Part shown: positions 53,554 through 64,000 of the stretch, in pieces
Layout of the letters: each line of letters starts with the position of its first letter
Numbering within the stretch: the stretch's first letter is position 1
Source: Podarcis liolepis
Lineage: Eukaryota
Reading direction: 5' to 3' (one strand)
Assembly (NCBI GenBank): GCA_965112155.1
Contig: OZ218103.1
Length of the DNA: 64,000 nucleotides
Translations under genes and position numbers: made by a program
The notes under the pieces: generated by a model
Database searches by the model: none
What the model was told of the DNA's origin: nothing
What the model saw: the letters and a program-made list of their open reading frames with translations, nothing else

Positions 53554-55019
53554 AGAATTGATAGAATGGGAAACCATGCAGACATTCCTTAAGCCTCTTC
53601 AGGTCCTATTTATTTCTGTTACAATATATTTCTATCATTATATATAGAAAAAGTAAATGATCCTCCCAAGACCCTTCCTCATATGCCTTTTAAATATCTG
53701 GGTTTCTTTTGCTGGAAGAGGACAAATTGCCCAGCTAGGTCAGCTCTGTGCTTCAGCATTCTGTCTTCAGCATTAGGCAGTATTATCTGATTCAAAGGAA
53801 TGGGTAAAAGATAAACAATTGTTGCATAGAGCCAGGACAAGTTGCCTGTTAAGAAGATTTTAACAGCTTCCCCACAGTATGTTTTTTCTTGTTCCCCCAG
53901 CAAGGTAGATAATGTCTTTTGAAAAGCTTCTTGATTAATATTTGGAATCATTTTCAGTTAAACTGTTTTTTTATTGAGTATATACCCAAGTATATTCTCA
54001 TAGTTGTGTGGTTTTTTTTTAATCCTCATAAATTTGTTATCCTACTTTTTTGTACTAGTGACAACCAATCTAAAGGTGACATTGTGCAGAAAAATATTTC
54101 CTCATCTCAGTTTTCACTCTTTGCTTCACAGAATGGCCCTTATTCTTTTATCCTATGAGGCAGGCAGGCTAGATATTGCCCCTCTGCATTCCTGTTGGAC
54201 TTTGTAATTATAGAGATGTTTGTCATCTCCTCTCTAAGGTAAACAATCCCAGCCTTTGCAATTTTCCTGTACAGAAGAATCAGCCCAGACCCGTGAGAGT
54301 TCATTTCCCTTCCTTTTCTGGCATACTCCACCCCCACAATACATTTTGAAGGTTTTTTTTTCATGAAATGGGAGACTTGGAATGAATACACTTTGCTAGG
54401 TGGGATTTCTAAAGGTGTGCCATGGCCTGCTATGAGAGAGCACTAGGCAGTAAGCTTCTTAGAGATTGAGTGAGTCAGACCACCTAGATGGCAAAGAGTC
54501 ATGTGATGAAATTCAATCAGTTTATTTATTCAGACAGACATGGAGAAAAAATATCTAGTGATTAGATTCTGAAATCAAGAACATGCAAATTTGGTGTAAG
54601 ATGCACTTCCAGTCATTAAGAATAATTGCACCCAAAACGACTCAAAGAGAATGATGAGAAAGCCAGGGATACTACTGAGATTGACTATTTTCTTAAACAA
54701 ATGTAAGTAATCCAGGTGTTTAGTTTCTACATACATAAGAGATAAAATGAGACATTCAAAGCTCTTTCCCCTAAAAATTAACCTTCAGAAGTGGGAAATT
54801 AGTCAGAACTGAACACCAGGAAGACTTCTTGCATTATTTCATTTTCATTTTCAATTAGGCTGGATTTTAACACACAGCAAAGCAACTCATTATTTACAGA
54901 TATGCTGAAAACATGATTGCAGAATGCATAGCAGAATACTTTAATTGTGTATTTTCTGATGGTCATTTTTATATTTGTGTTCTACGTACTGACTATAAAC
55001 ATATATGAAATCTATTAAA

Positions 55020-55130
55020 CCAGCCCTTTCATTAAAAGCCCCAAAGCCTGTTGGAACAAGAAAGTCTTCACCAGCCAGCACAAGGACAACAAAGAAGGAG
55101 CCAGTCTAGCTTCTCTAGGGAAGGAGTGAT
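55020..55130 (-). mobile_element. Short L2-like fragment
   Basis: ccaaagcctgttggaacaagaaagtcttcacc...ctagggaaggag resembles the antisense L2 3' ORF2 end. Confidence 0.4.
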
Positions 55131-55289
55131 TGCAATTTAACTTCTCAAATATGCTCTGCCCCTAGTAGCATGTATATTCTTGTACCAGAACAACCGGCTG
55201 ATTGTCAGGAAAAGTGGGGCTTCAAAGCATTGCGCAGGTTGAAAATGGGTCTCCTGATGTATTAGTGACATCAATTGATTGACAGTTGA

Positions 55290-55996
55290 TCTTCTGGTGG
55301 GGGAGATGTCCTGCTTCTTCTGGGGTTTGTCCACCTTTGGTCCTTGCCTGCACTCAGCTTTCACCTGTGGCTCCTAGATGCTGTCAGCATGGTGGGTGAC
55401 AAACTTTTTTTTGCTAGCCTCTTTTTGCTCAGTTTATTTTTATTTTGAAAAACATTATCTTAAGTACACCTTTGGTCCTCGCCTGCACTCAGCTGTCAGC
55501 ATGCGACAGCAGTCATACCTCTGGAAACAGCTTTGGCTGGCCGGCTAAACCAGGTGAAGGTAGCTGATAGGTCTCAAACTCACAGTGAGTTAGGGACTTT
55601 CCCTACATGTGAAGACAGGCTCTGGCAGATTGAGTGGGTCCAATGGTCAAGAGGGGTGATTTTATTCATGACAGAAAGGCTTTGGGAGTAATCCCTCTGG
55701 AAAAATCTTCAGGAGCAGAAAAGGCTAAGGAATAAACCTGACACAATCCTGAGTGGAGTCCCTAAGATGGTTGGATGGTGTCTTGTATGCCTCCTTCCGG
55801 CAACTCTTGCAGCCAAGCTGGTGCCAAATGTATTGCTCTGAATTCCTTTAGACCACAAAAGCAAGGCCAAGAGTGGGGTCTTGTCATCTGGGCAGCCCAG
55901 GATCTCCATATACATTGCCCAGGCTTGCACTCCCAGGAAGTCACTATGCAGTTTGACTTCACCCCGTGAGGCAAATTCCATTGTCTCTTGAGACAG
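55290..55996. mobile_element. Probable non-autonomous retroelement-derived repeat (RTE/Ingi-like; family uncertain)
   Basis: GC-richer block with sharp boundaries that resembles squamate interspersed repeats as I recall them; no coding motif seen. Confidence 0.4.
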
Positions 55997-57659
55997 GCAC
56001 TGCTGTGAGAAGATTTTCTATTTTAGCAAGGATTTCCCTTATCCAAATTATGCATGTATACATTCTGAGAATCCATTTCCCCCTATTTTCATTCTTATCA
56101 ACAAAACAGCTTCTGATGAGGGTTTTTGATGTGTATGGTGGGTGACAAACATTTTTTTGCTAGCCTCTTTTTGCTCAGTTTATTTTTATTTTGAAAAACA
56201 TTATCTTAAATACACATACAGTTAAATTTCTTTGGAATGTAGAAAAGAGACTGCAGAAATGAACATGCTCTGAATTGAGCTTTCTGAGGTTTTGATAGGT
56301 TGTGTTACAATATCAAATTGGTAAAATCAACCAAGGAGGGCTTTAATTAGAACCTGATGTTTAACTTTATGAAAGTATGCTTGGGCATTTAAAAAAAAAT
56401 CTAGTTTATGAGACTTTAAGGAAAACAGATTTTTGCCAATGGCCTCTATCAGATGAAGTAAACGGTAAACTATTTGGTCAGATGCTTTGAACAAAAGCAA
56501 AATTAGCTATGCAGGTGTAGGACCTTAGAAAGTTAGGATCTTGTGCTACACATAGGGACAATTACAATCCCATCTGAGAACTTGTTTGCATCCACTTGGG
56601 ACCTCCATGTACTCATGAGTTATACTTTAGTGCACAACTGGAATGTATGAAGCAACCCCAGGGAAAAGGAGGTTGGCTATGAAACAGGGTTTCTCACAAA
56701 AGCATTGTACCTTCCTTTGTATAGACTGTGACACCTATGAGCTGCTTGTTACTGTATTACTTTAGAGCAGAGGCAGTGGGAATAGGAGTGATTTGCAGCA
56801 CCATCCTACCAAATGGATGCCAAGGGTAAATCTTTGCCATAAAGACACTGCAGAGTTCTCTTCATGTAATGTGCAGCTTGCTCTTTAATCTTTATGGTAT
56901 CTTAAGAGTCAGTTAACCAAACCTCCTCTTTTTGTCAAGAACTTAATTGAAAAAGGTACTGGGGAATTAATGAACGATAATATGTAATGAAAGTCCTCTT
57001 ACAAAGTGTCTATCTTGAGCATGTCCAGAATTGTACAAAAAGGCACCAGCAAAGCATAAGGTCAGGCAGAGGCTTGAGGTAGATCATATCCTTAATAACT
57101 AGGGCCAATCTGAAATCCTTATAAAGGGCCGTAATATTCCATACCTCTTTCCAAGCTTAAATAAACTTCAGGGCACTGCTAGCACACCACATATGGTAAC
57201 AATGTGCTGCCAATTAACTTCGTAATTTTAGGGGGGTTTTCAGCAGGGTTGAGAAGGCTGAGTGAAATGGTTCAAGGCTGATCTCAAAGTGTTTCTTCCA
57301 GGATTTAATAAATGGTTAAATGCAGGAACATTCTCCACTTTGAGACTATAATTTGTGCCAGATGAATCTGGAGAATACTGTGAGGTACAATAGTGCATAG
57401 ACATCAAAGATGGCTGAAAGATTCATTCAGTTGTGTGAGACTTGCTTTCTAGGCAGAATTGGATAGGGTGTGTGGAAAGTGGGGAAACTTCAGTGTGTTG
57501 TAGGCTTTTTAGTGACATCTGCCTCTGGATTGAGAAGTGGGTGAGCCAAGCTTTCAGGGGAAGACCATCAAATCTTTCTCCTTCCCTTAACACTGTCAGC
57601 ATTATTTGGGGGCATAAAATAAACTTTTGGTGCAGGACTTTAAGGTAGGGTATTGGCAG

Positions 57660-57945
57660 CATGTCACCCCACTGCTCAAACTGCACTGGCTTCCATATTG
57701 TCTTTTGGGCCCAGTTCAGAGTGCTAGTTTGGACCTTTAAAGCCCCATACCAGTTAGGACCAGGATATCTGAGGGATAACTGTCTGAATCACCCTGCTCA
57801 TTAAGGTCATCCATAGAGATCCACTTGTCAGTTCAAATACATGCTTTGAAACAAGGAAGAGACTTTACCTGCTTTCACTCCCATGCTCTGGAACACCCTG
57901 CCCTGGGGAGGTTTGTTTTGCCTCCTGTTTGTATGCTTTCCACTA
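57660..57945 (+). mobile_element. Degenerate L2 LINE ORF2 3' region
   Basis: LHWLP, QFRVLVWTFKA, GPGYL and LWNTLP remnants. Confidence 0.75.
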
Positions 57946-58563
57946 GAGCAGTGGTTTCCAGTTAGCTAAGTACTGCAGACCCCCTGCTTTTCAAAAGCCA
58001 AGCCATGAACCCCCTACTTTTGAAAATGTTATCTATGTGGTAGTTTTTATTATGTGCATAGTGCCAGCATAACCCTCCAACATGTCCCAGCACAAAACCA
58101 GGACAGGCATCTTCCAGCTTATAATTCTTTCAGGTAAATAACTAAAGACCACTACTTCTAATTAGCATTCAGGGTGCATCCTTATAAATCATTTTTTGTA
58201 GCAGATTGATTACGCAGAGTAATTCACACTCTTATCTTTTCTGTCCTTGCCACTATCATTCCAATTATACAGAATGGAAACTAATGTTAGTAGAGATAGT
58301 ATCTAGCTCTCTGTGTGGTCTTGGGTAATTCATGAGCTAGGCTTTAGTTGTCCTTTCAGCCAGTTTGTTGCTCTAGTGAGAAATGACATCCATAGGAGTG
58401 ACTGAATTCAGCTGATACATATTGATGCTGTGCTCATGACCTGGCTTGTTTAACTGCTGTAAATGTGTGTTGCATTTGTATCTGTTCAGCATGATCTTAA
58501 GCCATAGAATGCACTTTTCTGCAGTTATTTGGTCAAACTGGATGTTGCATACAAGAGCATGTA

Positions 58564-58778
58564 CAGTGGTACCTTGGGTTACGGATGCTTCAGGTTACAA
58601 ACTCCGCTAACCCGGAAATAGTACCTCAGGTTAATAACTTTGCTTCAGGATGAGAACAGAAATCGTGTGGCGGCAGCGGGAAGCCCCATTGGCTAAAGTG
58701 GTACCTCGGGTTAAGAACAATTTCAGGTTAAGAATGGACCTCCAGAATGAAGTAAGTTCTTAACCCGAGGTACTACTG
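58564..58778 (+). mobile_element. MITE family A (full length)
   Basis: TA|cagtggtaccttgggttac ... ttaacccgaggtactactg|TA. Confidence 0.9.
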
Positions 58779-59192
58779 TATACAGGACCCAGCCAGGGGT
58801 GTATGTTAGTCTGTCTGTTTAATGAAAAGCAATCTTGAGGGGCTGTACTTTTCCATGAAATAGCTGAGACTGTGTGAATGCACACTTTAACTCTTTCCTT
58901 GCTGGCCATATTCCTGCTCATAAGCTGCCTTTTTCTGTGATTTTGATTATATTTGCCGTTATAAAAATATATTTTTATGTAATGTGTCATATGCCCCTTA
59001 TTCTGCATGATACCACAAGTATATGTTGAACAAAATATTTCTAAAATTATTTCCTTTTCAAAGGACATTGATTAGAGCCTCAAAAGCTGGAAGAAATGCT
59101 AGATCTTTGACTTTCTCCATTCTCTTCACTGTTAATTTATCGAATTTGTTGTAAGATACCCTCCCAATGGAGACAATGCCTGAAGACATTGT

Positions 59193-59266
59193 TGGAAGCT
59201 GCCCAGAGTGGCTGAGGCAACCCAATCGGATGGGTGGGGAATGATGATGATGATGATGATGATGAT
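59193..59266 (+). mobile_element. L2 3' terminus with (GAT)n tail
   Basis: ggaagctgcccagagtggctg..gatgggtgggg resembles the tail at 13870-13915 in reverse; followed by about 8 GAT units. Confidence 0.6.
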
Positions 59267-60758
59267 AGCAGCAGCAAAGGAGTCGCAGATTTCTGATATA
59301 TGCTCCCATCGTTTTCTTCTCCACACGCAGGCTACATTATCTTCATCTAATCGAGAAATGAAATCTATACTCACACTCTATTGGGATTGTAGTGGGAGTT
59401 ACTCTGGCACTATACCAGTGCAACAGCTACCATATCCAATATATTCTCGGCCCTGAAAAGGGGTGGGAGGGGGAGATAAACAACTAGAAAATATTTTAAA
59501 AACCTCATAAAAATAGAAGACATGACCATAGAGTCTCAGTAGACTCTGCAAGTGCACCATCAATCAGGATCTGTGGTGCTACCACCCACATGCTACCCGC
59601 ACATGGAGAGAGCCAATTAATTTATGATGATGGGGACACACACCCCACAGCTCCATAGCACCTCCCCTCCATCAGCCCCAATCACATAGCCTGCAATGAT
59701 CCCACTTTTTCCAGTCCTACATGCAGAAGTTTTAATCCACTTCTGCTACTCACACCCAGCATTTGTAGCACAATGCACAAAAGGGGAAGACGAGGAGCCC
59801 TCAAATTACAGCTCCAACAGTTTCCTGTGTAGGACACCCATACAGAGCACACACAGCCATCTTTGGACAAGGGCCAAAGCAGCAGTGAGATTCTACTAGC
59901 TACCCGTCCCAAAGAAGCAGTCTGTAAGCAGTGGCTTCCTGACTTTGACCAGGGGCATGTTTGCAGATGAATCCGGGGTTTTTGGCAGAAGCTACCGGTA
60001 AGTACTACTTTGGTGGCCAATCTGGTTGGATGTCAGATAACTTGCCTCTTATCTACAAACATCCACAAAGCAGGTTTAGTTTCCTGCGATGATGGGGTGG
60101 CCAAAGGCAAGCCAGCTTTGAATGGCAAAGGGCACAGGCAGTGACTGTTGGTAAGCATCACAAGACAGTTTGTCCACCACAGTTAAGAGGCCACAAGGGA
60201 TCTGTGACTAATCAGAACTCACAAGCGGATGACTGAGGTGTCCCTCATAAGGAAAAGAAGAATGCATTTTTAGACTTAATCCAATTACTGGTGGAAGATG
60301 TTTGCTGTAGGAAGCCTTTTTTCCCCTTTCTTGAAATTAATTCATTAATTAATAGTTGAATATAGGTATTGGACCATATGCTTGTGTCAGATATGGCAAA
60401 GGTTCTGGGAATTAATTAGACTTGCACTTCTGTTGCAGATTATGCAAATACCCACTCACATACTTGGCTACTGCTGTGGGAGTAAGATTGTTTTCCTCTG
60501 GTATGTTTGTAGTAGCACCACACACATTGCTCAGAGCAAAACCAAACTAGGCACACAGTTCTGGTCGTATGTAGTGTTCCAGATAAATGGAATTTCTCAA
60601 TAATGATGCACCCATGCAGCAGCATTCATTTCTCTTGTGCACCTTTGAAATGCCTGTCCCCTTAAAGTCCAAGGAACACTTTACTAAATGAGCAGTGGGT
60701 GGAGGAGCACTGCACCCGAGGCGATCAAACTTACTGCCATTCCACCATTCCACTAGTA

Positions 60759-61385
60759 CAGAGGTTTTCAACCTTTTTGAGTCCACAGCTCCCTTAACCA
60801 ACTACATTCTTTCTGGGGCACCCCTGTGCGGCTTAGGAGCCCTGTTATGTCACCTCTTGCCTTCTGTCCCCCTTTCTTGAACAACCTCCCCTGTGGAGTG
60901 TTCCCTCAGCTTCTTCTTCTTTCCCCTCCTTGGAAGTCCTCCAGGCAGCTGCTGCTCCCCCCCCCCCCGGTCTCTGAGCTGCCCCCCTGCCCCCAAAGAG
61001 AGAAGCCTCCTCACTCTGCCCCAAAGGGGCCTGGGACTTGTCTGTCCATTCCCAACAGCAAGGGCTGGCAGACTGGTTGGCTGGGGTACCTTGCCCACTT
61101 GCTTGCTTGCCGACAGGCTGCTTCAGCTCCTGGCAGCCAACACCTCCTGACCAGCTCTAGAGGCACCATTTGCCTGTGGAGCTTGTAGCCAGGGCTGCTG
61201 CAACAAACAGCTGTGCAAGCCTTTGGGAGGCAGAGAAATGAGAGGGCATCAGAGGAAGGAAGGAAGGAAGGAAGGAAGGAAGGAAGGAAGGAAGGAAGGA
61301 AGGAAGGAAGGAAGGAAAGAGTGACAGAGGCCAGTGTTGTCCGTGGCACCCCAGGGTGACACAGCACACCGGTTGAAAACCACTG
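60759..61385. mobile_element. hAT (Charlie-like) non-autonomous transposon, 627 bp
   Basis: TIR cagaggttttcaacc / ggttgaaaaccactg; perfect 8-bp TSD cactagta (60751-60758, 61386-61393). Confidence 0.93.
61252..61318. repeat. (GGAA)n microsatellite inside hAT element
   Basis: About 16 units, directly visible. Confidence 0.95.
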
Positions 61386-63083
61386 CACTAGTAGGATCTG
61401 AAGCCAGATCCTACTATACTAGGGTGGGGAAAAGGATTCCTTACCAATCACTCTAGCAACACTGCATGAAGCAGTGCCAAAGCCCTTTCTGAACAGTATC
61501 TGGATGAAGGAGATCCTGAAAAGGGGAAGGCAAATGTGTGGGGCAGTCTGAAACTATCTTGTACCTTGGACACTGGTTGAATAGACAGCAGGGTAGCATG
61601 TGCAATGTCTCTTATGGCACAAAACCAAGTTTGGAAGACTTACTGTTTGTCATGGAACTTGAAAGGATACAGAAGCCTGCCTGGAATGGTTAGTTCAACA
61701 ACCCCACAGAGGAACAGCGGGGAACATCCTGGTCATTGCTGCTGATCATGGAGCGGGCCTCTCTCACGATCAGCATGGAATGGAGTGTGGGATATATTCT
61801 AAATCTGGGAGAGAGCAGCCTGCAGAGAGCAAAGGAAGTAACAGAACGGAAATAAAAAGCAATAATTAGGAGCAGGCGGACATAGTCCCTGGACCTAGAT
61901 GCAAGTAAGATTTTTTAAGGTTAGAGAGGAGATGGAGGTGTCATATGGGTGCTTAGTTAGTACTCATGCATCAGCCTCCCCTTCACCCCCTGAGTATACT
62001 TCCAAATTCCCCATGGAGTTTGCAGGGGAACTCTGACTATTTGCAGGCACAGCTTGCATACAGGCTGTGATACTGCAAGTCATATGTTCTCACAAGTGTT
62101 TGGCCAGTAGCAGCAATAGTTAGATCAGAGTGCCTCGCCCTTGCTAAGAGAGAGTTTAGTTGATATGGGAGGCTCTGCTCTCTGCTGTTGGGATGGAACA
62201 GTGCTAATGCAATACAGTTGAGAAAAAATGCAGTAAAGGGGTGCGAGACATATAAAATTGCTGCAGCAGTTATACATTATTATATGTGATCCTTCTTGTT
62301 AGCTATACAGGGTACTCTGTCCTGCCCCTCCCCCCATTGGAGTGGAATGGGAATTGCTGTTGAACATTTGTGTCTGGAGTCTCAAAGTGTAGTATCAGGG
62401 AAATATTAGTAATGTGTGTTGTGAGGTCAGGCTATTTTCTCTGTTTCCCATCACCAAAGTTCCCCTGTGAGTTGTAGTCCCATAGCACAGACCCTTGGAG
62501 TTGTGATCTTTCACTGTGGGGTTTATATACTGTTTCAGTGTGTTGTGATTCGGTTACACCATGTCCTGTTCCTTGTTGTGGCTAGGCAGTTGTCAATGCA
62601 GGACTGTTTCTTTTATTTTCCTCCCTCCCATTGAAGTCAATAGAAGGGAACTTTGCTCCAGGTCTGGGGCTGGTGCAAAGGTGTGCCATTAGTGAGGTGT
62701 GTTTCTGTGGATTAAAGAGGTATAGCGTTCTCGTCCCATGTACTGCCCATAAGCCACCCATGAGTCCATCCAGTTTCAACTGGGGTGTCTTCACTGCCAT
62801 AATAGCACTGCCAGCAGTATGTACCACTGATATATCAGATGACTTTCACCAGATTATCCACTATTGGCTCAGTTTTATGTGAAGCAGCAACCATCAATTG
62901 CTCCAGACTTCTTGTCCAGTCTTTCCCTGACCTATAAGATCAGACCCTGTCTTCGTTTGCCTGACTCTCCTGAATTCTTGTGTTCATATGCTTGTTTTGC
63001 TGTTTTACCGGTTTTCTGATGTATTTTTGTTTGTTGTTTTTAGGCTGTACTCCACTGAGAGGTTTTTAAAAATTAAAGTGCTT

Positions 63084-63086
<3 letters not shown>

Positions 63087-63164
<78 letters not shown>

Positions 63165-63166
63165 AT
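63087..63166. repeat. Compound microsatellite (AC)16(AAAT)12
   Basis: Directly visible; follows an L2-like T-rich tail at about 62990-63086. Confidence 0.93.
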
Positions 63167-63448
63167 ACAATTATGGCAGTGGCATATTTGTTGTTCTTCT
63201 GGTATAGTGGAGCATCTTTCAAATCCTGCAGTCCCTCAACCAGTGAATAGGTACAGTTGTGCCTTCATGCCAGTGAGTAACAGGCCTGTGGGAAGGGTTG
63301 GTATCGCCACTTCTTGCAGTGGTGCCAGTTTGCCATGGAGCTTAAAATAGTTTACTTTACATTTCAAACTCAGAGCATGTAATTTAAAATCTCTAGAATC
63401 CTACCTTTCATTTTGAAAATATGTGTGTAGCTTAAAGACATCCTATTA

Positions 63449-63762
63449 CAGTGGTACCTCGCAAGACGAATGCCTTGCAAGACGAAAAACGCGCAAGACG
63501 AAAGAGTTTTCCGTTTTTTGAGTCGTTCCGCAAGACGAATTTCCCTATGGGCTTGCTTCGCAAGACGAAACGTCTTGCGAGTTCTTTCGAGTTTGTTTCC
63601 TTTTTCTTAAAGCCGCTAAGCCGTTAATAGCCACTAAGCCGTTAATAGCTGCTAAGCCGTTAATAGCCGCTAAGCCGTTAATAGCCACTAAGCCGCTAAT
63701 AGCCGTGCTTCGCAAGACGAAAAAACCGCAACGGATTAATTTCGTCTTGCGAGGCACCACTG
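63449..63762 (+). mobile_element. MITE family B (second copy) with 18-bp minisatellite
   Basis: TA|cagtggtacctcgcaagacgaa ... ttcgtcttgcgaggcaccactg|TA. Confidence 0.92.
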
Positions 63763-64000
63763 TATAATATAAATATAAACTGCAGAATAGGCTTTTGGGC
63801 CACATAACATTCTACTGGATTTTCCATCTCCTTATGAAAGGTAGCTAGCTGCCTTATACCAGGACAAATTATTAGCACATCTAGTTTGGCTCTAAGTGCT
63901 CTGTGTGCCTATTCAAAATCATCAGGAGATTATGAGGTCTGGAAGCAGTGATTTCAGCTATGAAGCAATGAAGTGTGCAGGATCATTCCCTTCCACTCCC

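Noticed and set aside
63545-63805. ORF with (INGLAA)n repeats
   Set aside because: Translation of the 18-bp minisatellite inside MITE family B.
1-64000. A novel multi-gene system, CRISPR array, operon or nested protein-coding gene
   Set aside because: The sequence is vertebrate intron. Apart from ORFs overlapping ST3GAL3 exons or LINE remnants, the listed ORFs are short, lack recognisable domains and are of the kind expected by chance. No repeat-spacer array is present.

Overview
This is eukaryotic, AT-rich, CpG-depleted vertebrate genomic DNA. The repeat content suggests a squamate reptile, probably a lacertid lizard (inference). The whole window lies inside the + strand gene ST3GAL3 (beta-galactoside alpha-2,3-sialyltransferase 3, GT29). 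Five internal coding exons (24857-24951, 34168-34231, 36273-36368, 37518-37704, 51768-51914) have canonical AG/GT borders. They splice into one open frame covering the end of the stem, sialylmotif L and the linker up to sialylmotif S. The N-terminal exons and the sialylmotif S/VS exons were not found and presumably lie outside the window. The rest is intron, rich in non-autonomous DNA transposons (at least four Tc1/mariner-pogo MITE families with TA target duplications, and hAT MITEs with 8-bp TSDs), 5'-truncated LINEs (L2, CR1, RTE-X-like), SINEs and microsatellites. Nearly all ORFs in the supplied track are spurious. I found no convincing previously undescribed biological system. The most notable observations are local rearrangement scars (an 81-bp templated insertion, a 48-bp direct repeat around an LTR-like insert, a young 147-bp tandem duplication), MITEs carrying variable minisatellites, candidate intronic enhancers, and an apparently much-expanded intron after the last visible exon.
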